A stretch of 64,000 nucleotides of DNA. Origin: Camelus dromedarius (Eukaryota). Each line of letters begins with the position of its first letter. Positions within the stretch are counted from its first letter, which is position 1. The notes beneath the pieces are model-generated. The model did not search any database. It had not been told where the DNA came from and saw nothing but the letters and a program-made list of their open reading frames with translations. The stretch spans positions 22,012,001 through 22,076,000 of the forward strand of contig NC_087437.1 of NCBI RefSeq assembly GCF_036321535.1, read 5' to 3'. Shown here in pieces: positions 36,901-64,000 of the stretch. Made by a program: the position numbers and the translations under genes.

Positions 36901-38545
36901 AGCTTTAGCTTTTTAAATTTATATAGTTATCAAAGGGACAAGCACTGTAGTTTTAAACAATACCACTGCTAATTACTATTGTCAAAGGAAATCCAGATAT
37001 CATCAATAAGTTGGGGTGGGTGTTTTTTGGTGGGGGAGGAGAGAAAAGGGAGAAGCTGTTATTACCACTGAAATCTTACTCGTCAGGCTAGCGTTGGGGG
37101 CGGGGTGGGGAGGGCAATCAAGGTAATCAGGAGGACTCTTCCCTTCCACACAGACCATACCCTCCCCGGAGGCTGCCACCTGACTATTCCCAATGACAGC
37201 TAGGATCTCTCTTAGCAGAAAAGCTAAGTCAGATACTTGGCTCTCCCTTTCTCCCTTTTTATATTCTTTCTTCGGGAGCCTGGCATGTGCTAGAAAGTCA
37301 TTAACTGCCAAAGGAACAAATGGATGGCACTGTCCTTCTACCAGCCTACGTCCTGAAGCCTAAAGAGCAGGGAGAAGCTGCTTAAAAATTCTCTAGAAAG
37401 AAAGTGCCACCAAGTAGGAGCAGGCACAACACAGATGTTAGCTCTGGGGCAATCATTTTCGAGGTCTTGCTCTTTTATTGTGTACATTGTGAAATGCTGC
37501 TTTTCTTTCAGCCTCTTCACTCCGCCTTTGTTCCCTCTTTTTAAAAAATACATTAAAACATTTTGGAGGGCCCCTAAAAGTAGATGGGTCCCAGGCCCTG
37601 AGCCTTTGCTGCCTCGTGGGTAAGTCAGTTCTTGTTGCTGCCGGGGAATTGGTAATTAAATGTTTTGATCATCACCCCTGCTGAGACTTACATTACACCT
37701 GAGATATAGAAAACTCCTACGCCTGCCTGCAGGCCTGTGTGGGGCATCTGTCCACCCTGTGTGGTGAAGCCCTGATGAACCCAAGGCCTCCTTCCCAACA
37801 GCTCGGTGTGGCTCGCCTCCACTGGATCGTAGCCAGACTTCTTCATTTATCAAGAAAAATTGGAAATCCTGAGTGTAAAAAAGCAAAGTCTCCCAACTGA
37901 AAAATGCTAGCTCAAATTTCAAAGGAAAAGCATCCTCCCTGCCTGAGCCAATCAAATCTCCTCTGTGGCCTGTATCTGCCACTTCATCGTAATCTCTGTC
38001 CAACAGAGCTGCAGGGATTACGCTTAAAAACAGTTGACAGGTGTGGGATGAGAGATCAGGTCAGGAAGAGAAGAGTGGCATGGTTTTTAACGTGATTATA
38101 AAAAAGTAACACTAATTGCACTAAATTGTATGATTTTCTTACTATTTATGTGTAAATGTGGCCGTGGTAATTGTGAATCTAATTAAAAATTTCAGGTTCT
38201 GTAAAATTACACTTGTGTTTTTATTCATGCTATCTCATCTTCCTTAATTTGTGGTTTGAGTAATAGGGCCATGATTTCATGACTTGTATGTAATAAGGAA
38301 AACTCTAATCTTAATTGTGATTGTATTTTTAAGAGGGTACTTAGACCTTAATAAATAAATGCCTATGTATTACTTCTAGTCAGGTCACATTTGTTTGAGT
38401 TCCTTTGGGGCTTAACTGTGTGAGAAAGAAGGGAGGGAAGAAGTCTATATTCCTTTATTTTTAAGTCTTCAGGGGTAAACATTTAGTAAAAAGTATTTTT
38501 ATGAGAAGTAGGACTTTAGGGATTTGAATGAAAAGCATGTGTGTA

Positions 38546-38606
38546 TACACACACACACACGTATATATATATACTCACTTTATACACACACACACACACA
38601 CACACT
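38546..38606. repeat. (CA)n/(TA)n compound microsatellite
   Basis: Seen directly. Confidence 0.9.
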
Positions 38607-40050
38607 CACTTTATAGCAACAAAATCAGCCTGCAGCATTGCCAGAACGTGACTAGGCACAGCCACTCCCACACTTCTCCCTTCATCTCAGCTGATGATTT
38701 CACTTTCTAATCCTAGATTGTAAACAGACAATTAAGGTCTAGTATAATGAGCACCTTGAGTGGGAAAGAGATTTCTATGGAAACAGAAGCAGAGTCTCTA
38801 ACTCAGGCTCGGTGGGGGAGGAAATGATATCTTCAATAAGAATAAAAAAATGGATTAGCCTTCAATTAAAGGCCAGGATGAGGGTGGGGGGGGAGGGGAG
38901 AAGCCCAGAGCTGAAAAAAAATCTGGGCTTGAAAATAAATACAATAGCACTGGAAGTGGCAAAGCATCATTCCATTGTAATTTCTACGTAGAACACTTGT
39001 TACTTTCAGATCATTTCTTTTTTGCTTATTTGTTCACTGTTCTTCTACCCTTATCCTTTCACACAGAAGAGGAGCCCTACCTCACCTGCTGATTCCTCAG
39101 CACCTGACACACGGGACTGTTAATCTTTCCATGTGTCTTCCCTCACCACCCCCTCCAAAAACCTCCCTTCCACTACACACCCCCCTTACCATGCAACAGA
39201 CAAAATTCTACTTCTTCAGAGTTGGCGCAAATGCCTCCTTCTCTGTGAAACCTCCCCCATCTCTTTACTCTACCCCTACCTTCAGAATTAATTTCTTCTT
39301 TCATTGCTACTGGTCCTTCCTTGAAGCATCAATTTAATTCTACATAGTGTTAGTTTGTTGTTCCCTTGTTTCTCTTCCCTATTCCTCATTAAGTTTTAAA
39401 TCAAATGAAGACAATGTGTTTTTGTCTCTGTAAGCCACTCAACACTTTGGGCAGGCTTTTATAACACAAAATGCAGCTCAAAAATATTTTGAATAAATGA
39501 ATTAGGGAGAAGGTCATGAACCCTAATTCTTCCTCCCTTCCCCCAGTGATCAGAGAAATCTTTTAAAACTTCAAAATCTGTTCACCCCATAACCCTACTT
39601 AACTGTTAAAGGCCACTCTTCATCCTTGGAATAGAATTCTAACTCCTATCTACACTGGTTACCTCAGGCCCCTTATGAACTTTCTCCTATCCATCTTTCC
39701 AAATCTGATCTAATAAAACGTGACTGCTCAACGTGACTGCACAGAGGGCTGTACTGATTCATGCCACTAGGCTTCTGTTTCAACTCTTCACTCTGCCTGG
39801 AATGCCCTTTCCATTTTCTTTGCCTGGTTTGGCTCAGGAATGACCTTCTCAAGCAAGCTTTCCTTCTTTGAATATAGATCCTATTAAGAATTAAAAAAAA
39901 AACAACCCCAAAAAACCTAAATGCAGAGAATTTTCTGGTGCTCCCCTCCATTTACGTGATTAAAAACGAAAACAATACTAAACAGTAAAATGCAATTCTT
40001 AAATGACATACAACTTACATGGATGCTAGATTTAAAATACTGTCTATTGT

Positions 40051-40185
40051 GGGGAGGGTATAGTTCAGTGACAGCGCATGCTTAACATGCATGAGGTCCT
40101 GGGTTGATTCCCAATACCTCCATTTAAAAAATAATTAAATAAATAAACCTAATTACCCCCCAAATAAAATAAATAAATAAAAAAA
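40051..40185 (+). mobile_element. tRNA-derived SINE (Vic-1-like)
   Basis: ggggagggtatagttcagtg...gaggtcctgggttgattcccaatacctcc...cctaattacc. Confidence 0.85.
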
Positions 40186-40923
40186 CCCCAGAAGAATAAT
40201 AGACTGGAAGTAAAAAGAGCATAAAAAATAAAATAAAATACTACCTATTTATGATTTTTCTCTCATTCAACTTCTCTGCATGTACCCATTTTGTAGACGC
40301 CCTATACTGAGTCTGATTAACTCCACTGCTGGATTCTTAGATTGGGTCAAATATTCCCCTCCTGTGCTTTCTGGGCATTACTCTGCGTTAACTTGAACAG
40401 ACTGCAAGTTTGCCTTTCCCACTGGGGTGTGAGCACCAGAGGTGGCGCGAACACTGTCTTTGTCCAGGGAGCGCCGGACACCTCCCCCCCCCCCCGCCCC
40501 GCCCCGCCCCGCCCACGGTCGGCTCTAGACTCGAAGAGCTCCTCCCCAGCTGATCATGCATTTCTTCTCTAAGGAGATTTTCCCTCCTCGCCGAACAAGA
40601 GCTACTGGCTCACATCAAGCGGTGGCGCTGGGAAAACACTGAAATATCAACCGGTCCTGAAGCTAGGACAAGATTCTCTAAATTCCCAGGCCCAATAGCG
40701 CGACCCGCTAAGGAAACGCCCACAAAAAATTCGGCAGAGAGGGCGGGGCCGGGGGAAAAGACCGACACCGGAAGCCACGTGGGTGGCTCTCCTTGAATTC
40801 TCCAAGTCGGCAGTCGACTATTCAGCCTTGTAGGCGCCTCTGGCGGGCTCCACTGAGATCCACTCTTTCGGCGCTTGACTCGCCCGTGCTGCTGCCGCCG
40901 CCGAAGGAGGGGCAAAACTCAAG

Positions 40924-63390
<22,467 letters not shown>

Positions 63391-64000
63391 CAGGTGTACA
63401 TTTAAAAAAACACTTGAAACTTATTTTTTGGAATTAAAAATACTCCAGGAATAAAGTTCTAGAAGTCTGAGGTTATTTTTGTAATGGGGTGAGGAGGCAA
63501 TTTTAGTAATTAGACTAGAATGTATTTGAGTCAATTTTCAATAATTTTTCAGGATTTTAGTTAATAACATAGTATTGTTTTTAGCATTCTCTAGGAGGAA
63601 AATACTTTTTATTACATTTTCAATGAAAGAGTCTTTTGTAAATGAGGTATGGTAGAATAAATGAGGTTAATAGAAAACTGCTTAACTTCTGAATAGCTAT
63701 GGTATTTAACACATTCATTTAACAGTTTTACTTAAGTCATTTAAAACGACTGCTTTGAAATTATATTTTGGGAAAACCTCTCCATTGCCAGACACAGTAG
63801 CTGACACATAAGTGTTCAATAAAACTGATTATGAGACTCGGCAAGATGTGTACATACCTTCTGAGTATGAATGTCAGAAAGGCAGTCTGGGGTTGGAGTG
63901 AGGAAGGGGATAGATGGCAGTGGGTGAGGATTTCTCTTCAGGGATATTTGCTTTTGGCTTTATTTAGGGCCAGAAAGGCAACTGATACTTTCATTTGTTT

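Overview
Mammalian genomic DNA, most likely camelid, judged from several Vic-1-like tRNA-derived SINEs. The right third holds the CpG-island promoter and first 14 coding exons of U2SURP (SR140) on the + strand, from ATG 40924 to 62989; the gene continues beyond the window. The left two-thirds is repeat-rich intergenic DNA (L1, L2, MIR, MLT, hAT, SINEs) with a ~13 kb ERV cluster: a solo LTR (14977-15606), a truncated minus-strand class I ERV (16598-20932) and a defective plus-strand gammaretrovirus-like provirus (20933-~27905) with a tRNA-Thr PBS, HERV-E-like gag/pol and RDR-type env. The main finding is a ~540-nt intronless insert in that provirus's capsid gene. It is recognisable as ATXN7 (ataxin-7) exons in circularly permuted order, with an apparent back-splice junction, and is bounded by a gag/ATXN7 microhomology encoding KPQA. 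This structure fits retroviral capture of exactly one turn of a circular RNA. ATXN7 identity and exon boundaries rest on my recall of the human gene and need confirmation by alignment. Repeat family names are pattern-level calls.
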